Shown: piece by piece, positions 39,399-48,027 of the stretch
Position numbering within the stretch: position 1 is the first letter of the stretch
Layout: each line of letters opens with the position of its first letter
NCBI GenBank assembly: GCA_035492655.1
Contig: DATJJB010000467.1
Coordinates: forward strand, 5,964-69,963
DNA from: Kutzneria sp.
GTDB taxonomy: Bacteria > Actinomycetota > Actinomycetes > Mycobacteriales > Pseudonocardiaceae
Direction of reading: 5' to 3'
DNA length: 64,000 nucleotides
Notes under the pieces: model-generated
Seen by the model: only the letters and a program-made list of their open reading frames with translations
Told to the model about the DNA's origin: nothing
Databases searched by the model: none
Program-made: the position numbers and the translations under genes

Positions 39399-42329
39399 TC
39401 AGCCCGGCACGCCCACCTCCGCCTCGGACAGCAGGCCGAGCGTGCGATCGAGCCACACCGTGGAGCCCAGTGCGGCGAACAGCGTGCGGGCGACCCGCAA
39501 ATGGGTCGACGCGAGCATCAAGTCGGCCCGCAGCAGGGCGATCTCGCCCAGCGCATAGCGGGATCGAGCCTCCACCAGGCGTTCACCGAGCCGGCGGGAC
39601 AGGTCCAGCGCATGGGCCATCGTGGTGGCGGCCGCGTCCAGCCGCCCTTCCCGTTGCCGCACAACGCCGAGCCCGTACACGGCGTGGGCCTCGCCGATCT
39701 GGTCGCCGATGTTGCGTACGATGCGCAGCACCCGATGCAGCGCCTCCCGGGCGAGATCGAACCGTTCCACGGCCACGTGCAGCTCGGCAAACCGGTGCAG
39801 CACTTGGGCTTCGACGCGCAGACAGTGCTCCTGCCGGGAAATGCTGAGCGCCTGTTCCAGAAGGCCACGGGCCCGGGCGGTCTGTCCCTGCCCGAGCCAC
39901 CAACCGGCCAGGTTGCGCTGGATGTGGGCCTCGCCGATCCGGTCCCCGACCAGCGGCATGATCTCCAGCGCCTCGTCGTACTTGGCCAGCATGGCCTCGT
40001 TGTCGCCGCGAATGCCGTCCACATGGGCGGCGTTGCGCAGCACGAGCGCCTGGCCGTGCATGTTGCCGACGGACTCGAACAACCGCAGCGCGGCCCGGAA
40101 GCAGTTGGCGGCCTCGGCGGTCCGCGTCTGGAACATGTGCAGCGTGCCAAGGGAATACTGCGCGGCCGCGGTGCCGGTGCGGTTACCGGCCTCGGAGGCG
40201 GCCCCGAGGGCAAGACAGGCAGTCTCCCGCCAGTCGTCGAAATACCCCTTGGCCTCGAACAAGGTCACGGAGGTCAGCGCCAGATCCCAGCACAGCTCGT
40301 CCAAGCCGGCCTCGGCCGCCTGCCGCACGGCCGCGACCAGGGCATGCCGTTCGCTGTCCCACCACGTCATGGGCGTGCCGATGATCTCCGCCGACACCTC
40401 GGCCGGCAGGTGCCACCGTGCCGCGGTGCCATGGATGACGGTGTAGTCGCCGCCGTACTCCCGCCGATGCGCCTGTTCCGCCAACGCCATCCAGCCGCCC
40501 AGCATTCGTGCCAGCGCGGCATCGCGGTCGACCGAGGTTTCGACGTCCAGCAGCTGTTCCCGGGCATAGGCCCGGATCAGCTCGTGGAACCGGTAGCGCG
40601 GATGCGGCGAATCCGGATACTGCACGGTTTCCATGGCCTGCGCCTCGACCAGGCCGTCCAGGGTGTCCTCGGCGGTGGCCAGATCGACGTCCAGCAGCGC
40701 AGCCGCCACCCATGCCGGCGAATCCGGGGCCTGGACGAGGGAAAACAGTCGGAACAGCCGCCGGGCCAAGTCCGGCAGCGACTGGTAGGTGAGCCCGATG
40801 TTGGACCGGATCTCCAGGCCCCGATGGCTCAGCTCGTCCAGCCGACGCTGCTCGTCGCGCAGCCGCCGCACCAGCCCGTCGATCCGCCAGTGCGTCCGTG
40901 ACGCCAGCCGTGCGCCGGCGATCCGCAGCGCCAACGGTAAGCCGTCGCACAGCGCGACCAGCTCGGCCGCGGCCTCCGGCTCGGCCTGCACCCGATCCAC
41001 ACCGATGATTCGTCCGAGCAGGTCCACCGCGCCGTCCGCGTCGAAGACGCCGATGTCCAAACACAACGCCCCGGGCACGCCGCTCAGCCGGGACCGACTC
41101 GTGGCGATCACCGCGCAGGTGGGGCTGCCGGGTAGCAGCGGCCGCACCTGGGCCTCGTCACGGACGCCGTCCAGCACCACAAGCACCCGCTTGCCGGCCA
41201 ACTGGCTGCGGTACAGCTCCGCCCGCTCGTCGGCCCCGTCCGGCACCGACGTCGCCGATACGCCAAGGGCCCGTAGGAATCGGGCCAACAGCGCCGGTGT
41301 GCGGTCGTCGGATTCCGGCGCGTGCAGGTCCACGTACAGGTGCCCGTCGGGAAAGTGCTGGCCCAGCTCGTGCGCGGCATGAATGGCCAGCGCCGACTTG
41401 CCGACGCCGCCGCGCCCGGAGATGGCCACGATCGGCACCGCCAGCCCGGCCTCGGCCCCGACCAGCCGCCGGATCTCGTCGAGAAACCCGTCTCGGCCGG
41501 TGAAATCGCCGATGGTGGTGGGTAGTTGCCGTGGCGTGACCCGGCTCTCGGGCTCCGGTGATGCCAGCTCGACCGGCGCCAGGTCCAGTGCCGGCGACCG
41601 GTTTAGGATGGCGTGTTCCAGCTCCCGCAGCTCCGGCCCGGGTTCGATGCCGATCTCCTCGACCAGCAACGTCCTTGCCCGCTGGAACACTTCCAGCGCC
41701 TCGGCCTGCCGCCCAGCCCGGTACAGCGCGACCATCAGCAGGCCGTGCAGCCGTTCCCGCAGCGGATGCACGCTGATCAGCGCCGGCAGCTCGGCATTGG
41801 CCTCCTCGTGCCGGCCCAGCATCAGGTCCAGCCGGAACCGCTCCTCCAGCACGGTCAGCCGCCGGTCGTTGAGCACGATGGCCTCGTGCCGCAGCAGATC
41901 GCTGGTCACGCCGTCCAACGCCGGCCCGCGCCACAAACCAAGGGCGGTACGCAAAGTCGCCGCCGCGGCGGCGGTCCGGCCGGCCTCGGCGTCCTGCTGC
42001 GCGGCGGCCACCAGCTCGCCGAACTCCAGGCTGTCCACCTCGGACGAATCCAGCTCGAGCAGATAGCCGGGTGACCGGGTCTTGATCGCTTCCGACCGGC
42101 CGGCGTCGGCGAAACGCTTGCGCAGCGAGGAGATGCAGACCTGGATCTGGGCCCGCGCGGTCGGCGGCGGGGCCTCGCCCCAGATGGCGTCGATGAGGTG
42201 GTCGACCGAGGTGACCCGGTTCACGTTGAGGCCGAGCACGGCCAGCGCCACCCGCTGCCGCGGCCCGCCGAGGTCGAGCGGCTGCTGATCGGCGATCAGC
42301 TCCACCGGGCCAAGCAGCCTTACTCTCAT
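39399..42329 (-). CDS. AfsR/SARP-family regulator (wHTH-BTAD + NB-ARC + TPR), probable cluster activator
   Basis: MRVRLLGPVEL, ALGLWRGPAL, HPLRERL, EPGPEL, PRQLP..DFTGR, GRGGVGKS, GLPLAL, FHEL and TPRs. Contains a TTA codon at 40938-40940. Confidence 0.94.
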   Translation of the reverse strand: MRVRLLGPVELIADQQPLDLGGPRQRVALAVLGLNVNRVTSVDHLIDAIWGEAPPPTARAQIQVCISSLRKRFADAGRSEAIKTRSPGYLLELDSSEVDSLEFGELVAAAQQDAEAGRTAAAAATLRTALGLWRGPALDGVTSDLLRHEAIVLNDRRLTVLEERFRLDLMLGRHEEANAELPALISVHPLRERLHGLLMVALYRAGRQAEALEVFQRARTLLVEEIGIEPGPELRELEHAILNRSPALDLAPVELASPEPESRVTPRQLPTTIGDFTGRDGFLDEIRRLVGAEAGLAVPIVAISGRGGVGKSALAIHAAHELGQHFPDGHLYVDLHAPESDDRTPALLARFLRALGVSATSVPDGADERAELYRSQLAGKRVLVVLDGVRDEAQVRPLLPGSPTCAVIATSRSRLSGVPGALCLDIGVFDADGAVDLLGRIIGVDRVQAEPEAAAELVALCDGLPLALRIAGARLASRTHWRIDGLVRRLRDEQRRLDELSHRGLEIRSNIGLTYQSLPDLARRLFRLFSLVQAPDSPAWVAAALLDVDLATAEDTLDGLVEAQAMETVQYPDSPHPRYRFHELIRAYAREQLLDVETSVDRDAALARMLGGWMALAEQAHRREYGGDYTVIHGTAARWHLPAEVSAEIIGTPMTWWDSERHALVAAVRQAAEAGLDELCWDLALTSVTLFEAKGYFDDWRETACLALGAASEAGNRTGTAAAQYSLGTLHMFQTRTAEAANCFRAALRLFESVGNMHGQALVLRNAAHVDGIRGDNEAMLAKYDEALEIMPLVGDRIGEAHIQRNLAGWWLGQGQTARARGLLEQALSISRQEHCLRVEAQVLHRFAELHVAVERFDLAREALHRVLRIVRNIGDQIGEAHAVYGLGVVRQREGRLDAAATTMAHALDLSRRLGERLVEARSRYALGEIALLRADLMLASTHLRVARTLFAALGSTVWLDRTLGLLSEAEVGVPG

Positions 42330-42434
42330 CACGTCCCCCCGGATGCGCTCGACCAGCGCGTTCGCGACTCTACTGAGCCGTTCCCGCGTGCTGTCAACCG
42401 ACAACGGCGGTCACGGGTGTGCCTCTTTACGGGC

Positions 42435-42495
42435 CCTCGAGCGACCGTCGAGGCCCCTTCTCAAACGCTTCTCATCCGCTATGGGCCGGCACTGT
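42435..42495 (+). promoter_or_regulatory. 11-bp-phased direct repeats, candidate SARP sites and promoter
   Basis: TCGAG at 42437 and 42448, TCTCA at 42459 and 42470 (CTTCTCAAACG / CTTCTCATCCG). Candidate -10 CACTGT at 42490. Confidence 0.6.
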
Positions 42496-42577
42496 GCGGC
42501 CGAGAGGGCTTTCGATAGGGCGTCCCGGTGAACTGGGACAGCGCGGGGACCGGCCCCGGGCGGAGGGGGCCCGCGAC

Positions 42578-42601
42578 ATGACGGACGACACGCACTGGTG
42601 A
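42578..42601 (+). CDS. 7-aa micropeptide MTDDTHW
   Basis: ATG ACG GAC GAC ACG CAC TGG TGA with a GGAGGGGG RBS upstream. All codons are GC3. Lies in the leader of the operon. Confidence 0.5.
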   Translation: MTDDTHW

Positions 42602-42650
42602 GCACCACTCGGTTTCTGGCCCACCGTAGCGACGAGACGTTCGGATCACG

Positions 42651-44204
42651 ATGACCATCGCACTCAACCGAAGCCTGGGCGCGGGCTTCCTCGCACACGC
42701 CGCCACCAGTCCCGAGCACGTGGCGCTGACCATCGGCAAGCGCGACCACACCTATGCCGAGCTCGACGACACCGCCCGCCGCTGGGCTGCCCGCCTGCTG
42801 GACGGCGCCACCGCGCCGAAGCGGGTCGGCGTCTTCGCGCACCGCAGCGAGGCGTCCTACGCCGGCGTGCTGGCCGCGCTGTTCGCCGGGGCGGCGTTCG
42901 TGCCGCTGAACCGGAAGTTCCCGTTGGAGCGCACCCGGACCATGCTGGAACGGGCCGACCTGGACGCGATCGTCGTGGACGACGCCTCGATGGCCCAGCT
43001 GCCGGAGCTGCTGCACGGCCTGCGCCGCAAGCCGATCGTGCTCGCGCCCGGTGACCGTCTCCCGGACGGCCTGGGCGCGCCGCTGCTGACCGCGACGGAC
43101 CTCGCGGCCGCCACTCTGCTGTCCGAGCCGGTTCCGGTGTCGCCAGAGGACATCGCCTACCTGCTGTTCACCTCGGGCAGCACCGGCACGCCGAAGGGCG
43201 TCCCGGTCACGCACGGCAATGTGCGGTCCTTTTTGGACGTCAACGAGGAGCGCTACCAGATCACCGCGGACGACCGGCTCACCCAGACCTTCGACCAGAC
43301 CTTCGATCTCTCCGTCTTCGACCTGTTCATGGCCTGGGAGAACGGGGCCCGGGTGTGCGCGATGGACCCGATCGAGCTGCTGGCCCCGTTCAAGTACTTA
43401 CAGCGCAACGAGATCACCGTGTGGTTCTCGGTGCCGTCGGTGGCCACGGTGCTGGACAAGCGGGGCGCGCTGACGCCGGGCCGGATGCCGACGCTGCGCT
43501 GGAGCCTGTTCTGCGGCGAGGCGCTGCCGGCCGGGATCGCCCGGGCGTGGCAGGAGGCGGCGCCGAACTCGGTGGTGGAGAACCTGTACGGGCCGACCGA
43601 GCTGACCATCGCCTGCTCGGTGCACCGCTGGGATCCGGTGACCAGCCCGGCGCGCTGCGTGCACGACAACGTGCCGATCGGGCAGCTGTACCCGGGCCTG
43701 CACTCGTTGGTGGTGGACGAGAACCTGGTGCCGGTGGCCGAGGGGGAGACCGGGGAGCTGTGTGTGGCCGGGCCGCAGACCACGCCCGGCTACTGGCAGG
43801 CGCCGGAGCAGACCGCGCAGCGGTACTTCTCGCGCGCCGGGCGGACCTATTACCGCACCGGTGATCTGGTCCGCCGGCAGCACGACGAGTTCGTCTACAT
43901 CGGACGCAACGACCAGCAGGTCAAGATCGGCGGCTACCGCATCGAGCTCGGCGAGATCGAGGCCGTGCTGCGGGGCAACGGCTGCGCCGAGGCGGTGTGC
44001 CTGGTGTGGCCGGACGCCGACACGATCACCGCCGTGGTCTCGGGCACCCGGACGACGGAGCTGGCCGACGCGGTGGCGGCCAGCCTGCCGGCGTACATGG
44101 TGCCCAGGTCGGTGCACGTCATCGACGAGATGCCGGTGAACAGCAACGGAAAGGTCGACCGCACCGCACTGCGGGCCTGGTTGGGGAACCGAGGGGGATC
44201 ATGA
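42651..44204 (+). CDS. Stand-alone adenylation enzyme (DltA-like amino acid--carrier protein ligase)
   Basis: FTSGSTGTPKG, FDLSV, LFCGE, NLYGPTE, YRTGD, NSNGKVDR. No T or C domain. Confidence 0.92.
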   Translation: MTIALNRSLGAGFLAHAATSPEHVALTIGKRDHTYAELDDTARRWAARLLDGATAPKRVGVFAHRSEASYAGVLAALFAGAAFVPLNRKFPLERTRTMLERADLDAIVVDDASMAQLPELLHGLRRKPIVLAPGDRLPDGLGAPLLTATDLAAATLLSEPVPVSPEDIAYLLFTSGSTGTPKGVPVTHGNVRSFLDVNEERYQITADDRLTQTFDQTFDLSVFDLFMAWENGARVCAMDPIELLAPFKYLQRNEITVWFSVPSVATVLDKRGALTPGRMPTLRWSLFCGEALPAGIARAWQEAAPNSVVENLYGPTELTIACSVHRWDPVTSPARCVHDNVPIGQLYPGLHSLVVDENLVPVAEGETGELCVAGPQTTPGYWQAPEQTAQRYFSRAGRTYYRTGDLVRRQHDEFVYIGRNDQQVKIGGYRIELGEIEAVLRGNGCAEAVCLVWPDADTITAVVSGTRTTELADAVAASLPAYMVPRSVHVIDEMPVNSNGKVDRTALRAWLGNRGGS

Positions 44205-45574
44205 ACACCGTCGAGCACGTCATCGCCGACACGCTCAAGATCGACGAGTCGTCGGTCACCGGCGAGCTGGAGTACCAGTCGGTGCACGAGTGGGACTCGC
44301 TGGCCCACGTCGCGCTGATGGTGGCGCTGGAGCGGGAGTACGGCGTCCGCATCGACGACGACCTGACGATCGAGCTGCGTTCGGTCGAGGCCATCCGGGA
44401 GTTCATCGGCGGCGGCGCCGTGGTGGAGCGCGACGCGCGACCCGAGAGCACTGTCCATCGTGGACTGGAAGGCGTCACCTTCGACCACACGTCGATCACG
44501 CGCATCGACGGGGCCGAGGGCGTGCTGGAGTACCGCGGCTACAGCATCCACGACCTGGCCCGTAACGCGACCTTCGAGGAGGTCGCGTACCTGCTGATCA
44601 ACGGCGAGCTGCCGGATGCCGACGCGCTGAACGTGTTCGAGAAAGAGCTGCGCGCGCAACGGGAACTGCCCGCGCCGGTGCTGGACCTGGTCCGCTCGCT
44701 GGCCCACGCGCACCCGGTCGAGGCGCTGCGTACCTGTGTGTCGGCGCTCGGCGCTTACGGCCCGGCCCGCGAGCCTGGGGCCGACGAGACCTATGCGCAG
44801 GCCCGCGACGCCGGAATCTCCCTGGTGGCCAAGGTTCCGATGATCGTTGCCGCGCACCACGCGTATCGGAGCGGCCGGGAACCGTTGGCGCCGAATGAGG
44901 ACAGCAGTTACGCCGAGGCGTTTCTCACCGTGTTGCTGGGCGAGCAGCCGAGCCCGGCCGCGGTGCGGTTCCTCAACAAGGGCTTCATCGTGCACGCCGA
45001 CCACAGCTCCAACGCGTCGGCTTTCACGGCGCGGATCGCCATCGGCAGCCGGTCGAGCATGACCGCCGCTGTCACGGCCGCCATCGCCACCTTCGCCGGT
45101 TCGGTGCACGGCGGCGCGGCCGAACGCGCGGCGCTGCTGGTCGACGAGGTCGGCGCGCCGGAGAACGCCGAGACGTATGTGGCCGAGCGGTTCGGCCGCG
45201 GCGAGCCGGTGATGGGCTTCGGGCACCGGGTGTATCGCACCGAGGACCCGCGAGTACGCCACCTGCGCGAGACCGTGGTCGAGCTGAGTGATGAGCGCGG
45301 CGACCACACCGGCCTGAAGATCCTCGACGCCGTCGCGCAGGCCATGCGGCCCTACAGCCGGCACGGCGTGGCCCCGAACGTCGATCTCTACGCCGGCCTG
45401 GCCTACCGCCTGCTCGGCCTGCCCGATGACCTCGCCGTGGCGCTGTTCGTCGTCGGCCGGACCGCGGGCTGGGTGGCGCAGGGCCTGGAGCAGCACGCCA
45501 ACAACGTGCTCATCCGCCCGCTGCTGGACTACACGGGCCCGCGCGCCCGGGTCTACCCAGGGGCGGCGGAATGA
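44201..45574 (+). CDS. Acyl carrier protein - citrate synthase family fusion
   Basis: About 70-aa ACP with EWDSLAHVALMVALE, followed by RGLEGV, LEYRGY, HADH..NAS, HGGA, MGFGHRVY and PNVD. ATGA-coupled at both ends. Confidence 0.92.
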   Translation: MNTVEHVIADTLKIDESSVTGELEYQSVHEWDSLAHVALMVALEREYGVRIDDDLTIELRSVEAIREFIGGGAVVERDARPESTVHRGLEGVTFDHTSITRIDGAEGVLEYRGYSIHDLARNATFEEVAYLLINGELPDADALNVFEKELRAQRELPAPVLDLVRSLAHAHPVEALRTCVSALGAYGPAREPGADETYAQARDAGISLVAKVPMIVAAHHAYRSGREPLAPNEDSSYAEAFLTVLLGEQPSPAAVRFLNKGFIVHADHSSNASAFTARIAIGSRSSMTAAVTAAIATFAGSVHGGAAERAALLVDEVGAPENAETYVAERFGRGEPVMGFGHRVYRTEDPRVRHLRETVVELSDERGDHTGLKILDAVAQAMRPYSRHGVAPNVDLYAGLAYRLLGLPDDLAVALFVVGRTAGWVAQGLEQHANNVLIRPLLDYTGPRARVYPGAAE

Positions 45575-48027
45575 TCAGCCTGCCGGAGTTCAGTTCCGAC
45601 CTGGATGCCGTGCCCTACTGCGGACGAGTGCTCACGGAGTCGTTGCTGCGCAACGGAGATACCGACAAGGCGGCGTTGCTGGTAAAGCGGCTGGCCGCCG
45701 GCGAGGACCCGGGCCTGGAGATGGAGTTCCGGCCGGCGCGGATCCTCGTGCAGGACTACACCGGAATCCCGTTGCTGGTCGACCTGGCCGCGCTGCGCGA
45801 CCGGGTGGACCAGCCGGCACGGGTCAATCCGGCGTTGCCGGTGGACGTGGTGGTCGACCACTCCGTGCAGACCGACTTCGCCGGCCGGCCGGACGCGTTG
45901 GCCCGCAACGAATCCCTGGAGCTGTCGAGGAACGGGGAGCGGTACGGGTTCCTCAAGTGGGCCGAGCGGGCCTTCGACCGGCTGCGGGTGATCCCGCCCG
46001 GCCAGGGCATCGTGCACCAGGTCAACCTGGAGCGGCTGGCCACCGTGGTCGCCACCACCGAGGGCGGGGAACCCTTCCCGGACAGCGTGATCGGCACCGA
46101 CAGCCACACCACCATGGTCAACGGCCTCGGCGTGCTGGGTTGGGGCGTCGGCGGCCTGGAGGCCGAGGCGCTGCTGCTCGGCCTGGCCCATCCGATCAAG
46201 ATCCCGTCGGTTGTCGGCGTCCGGCTGTCCGGGGCGGTCAGGCCAGGTGTCGGCCCGACCGACGTGGTGTTGACGCTGACCCAGTTGCTGCGCCGGGAGA
46301 ATGTCCGCGGCCTGCTGGTGGAGTTCACCGGACCGGGCCTGGCCCAGCTGTCCGCCCAGGACCGCTGCACGATCGCCAACATGGCACCGGAATACGGTGC
46401 TATGACCGGGTTCTTCCCGGTGGACGAGGAGACGCTGCGCTACCTCCGCGAGACCGGCCGCACCGAGGACGACGTGCGGCGGGTCGAGCAGTACTGCCGC
46501 GAACAGGGTCTACTGTGGACAGGAGTGGAGCCGCGGTTCGGCCGGGTCATCGAGTTCGACCTTGGTGCGGTGCGGCCCAGTCTCGCCGGCCCGAGCCGCC
46601 CCGACCAGCGCATCGATCTGGCCGAACTGCCGCGCTCCTTCGCCGCCCTCCTCGACGGCGAACCAGGTCCGCGCGACGGCGACCTGGCCATCGCGTCCAT
46701 CACCTCGTGCACAAGCACTTCCAACCCACAGGCCATGCTCGCCGCGGGCCTGCTGGCCCGGCGGGCGGTCGAGCGCGGCCTCACGGTGCCGAAGCACGTC
46801 AAGACCAGCCTGTCGCCGGGCTCCCTGGCCGTGACCCGATACCTCCGGGACACCGGGCTGCTCACCGACCTGGAGACGCTGGGCTTCCACATCGCCGGCT
46901 ACGGCTGCATGACCTGTAACGGCGGTAGCGGGGCGTTGCACCCGGACGTCGCCGATGCCGTCGACCGGGACGGGCTCGTCGCCGCGGCGGTGCTCAGCGG
47001 CAACCGGAACTTCGAGGGCCGGGTGCACCCCCAGGTCCGCGCCGGTTACCTCGCCTCGCCGGCCCTGGTCGTCGCCTTGGCGCTGGTCGGCCACGTGCGG
47101 ATCAACCTGGAGACCGAGCCGCTGGGCATCGGCAGCGACGGCGAGCCAGTGTTCCTGCGGGCTCTTTGGCCGAGCTCTCAAGAACTCGCGGCACTGTCCG
47201 ACGAATGCCTCAAGCCCGAGGTCTTCACGGTCCCGATCGACGCGCCCGACGGGTGGGCCGGCATCCCGGCCCAGAACGGCGAAGTCTTCGCCTGGGACCC
47301 CGATTCCACCTACATCCGCCCGCCGGCCTACGTCGACGGCAAGCCCCTGACGACCGAACTCCGGAATGCCCGTGCGTTGGTGGCGCTCGGCGACGACGTC
47401 AGCACCGACCACATCTCCCCGGTCGGCGGCATCCCCGCCGATTCCCCGGCCGGCCGTTACCTGACTGTGAGAGGTGTAGCGGACTTCAACTCTTACGGTT
47501 CGCGGAGGGGCAACCACGAGGTGATGGCCCGTGGCACCTTCAGCAACCCCCGCCTGCGCAACCGCCTGGTTGGCGAGGGCGACGGCCGTGGCCTGACGCT
47601 GCACGTCCCGACCGGCGACACAGTGCCGGTGTTCGAGGCGGCGCAACGCTATGCCGGCACGCCGCTGATCGTGTTGGCGGGCCAGAACTACGGCATGGGG
47701 TCGTCCCGCGACTGGGCGGCCAAGGGACCTTGGCTGCTGGGCGTTCGGGCGGTGCTGGCCGAGAGCTTCGAGCGGATCCACCGCGCCAACCTGTGCGCCA
47801 TGGGCATCCTGCCGCTGCTGCTGCCCAAGTCCTGGACGGCCCTCGGCCTGACCGGTCACGAGGAATTCCAGCTGTCCCTGGACGAGCACGCCGGTCAGGT
47901 CGACGTCACGGCCGGCGAAGTGACCTTCACCGCCCGTGCTGATGTGCACGCGGCCGAGTGGGCCCTGTTGCGCTCCGGCGGCACGCTGCCGCACCTGGCC
48001 CAGCGGCTGGCCGAGGAGGAAAGGTGA
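45571..48027 (+). CDS. Aconitase A family Fe-S (de)hydratase, cluster-specific paralog
   Basis: QDYTG, DHSVQ, GIVHQVNLE, GTDSHTTM, ITSCT, GCMTC, SGNRNFEGR, DHISP, GSSRDWAAKG. Confidence 0.94.
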   Translation: MISLPEFSSDLDAVPYCGRVLTESLLRNGDTDKAALLVKRLAAGEDPGLEMEFRPARILVQDYTGIPLLVDLAALRDRVDQPARVNPALPVDVVVDHSVQTDFAGRPDALARNESLELSRNGERYGFLKWAERAFDRLRVIPPGQGIVHQVNLERLATVVATTEGGEPFPDSVIGTDSHTTMVNGLGVLGWGVGGLEAEALLLGLAHPIKIPSVVGVRLSGAVRPGVGPTDVVLTLTQLLRRENVRGLLVEFTGPGLAQLSAQDRCTIANMAPEYGAMTGFFPVDEETLRYLRETGRTEDDVRRVEQYCREQGLLWTGVEPRFGRVIEFDLGAVRPSLAGPSRPDQRIDLAELPRSFAALLDGEPGPRDGDLAIASITSCTSTSNPQAMLAAGLLARRAVERGLTVPKHVKTSLSPGSLAVTRYLRDTGLLTDLETLGFHIAGYGCMTCNGGSGALHPDVADAVDRDGLVAAAVLSGNRNFEGRVHPQVRAGYLASPALVVALALVGHVRINLETEPLGIGSDGEPVFLRALWPSSQELAALSDECLKPEVFTVPIDAPDGWAGIPAQNGEVFAWDPDSTYIRPPAYVDGKPLTTELRNARALVALGDDVSTDHISPVGGIPADSPAGRYLTVRGVADFNSYGSRRGNHEVMARGTFSNPRLRNRLVGEGDGRGLTLHVPTGDTVPVFEAAQRYAGTPLIVLAGQNYGMGSSRDWAAKGPWLLGVRAVLAESFERIHRANLCAMGILPLLLPKSWTALGLTGHEEFQLSLDEHAGQVDVTAGEVTFTARADVHAAEWALLRSGGTLPHLAQRLAEEER

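Noticed and set aside
42651-44420. dlt teichoic-acid D-alanylation operon
   Set aside because: No MBOAT (dltB) or dltD, and the carrier protein is fused to a citrate synthase.
44201-48027. Housekeeping gltA/acnA or methylcitrate (prp) operon
   Set aside because: The ACP fusion, altered active-site motifs, absence of prpB/prpD/prpF and the biosynthetic context argue against it.
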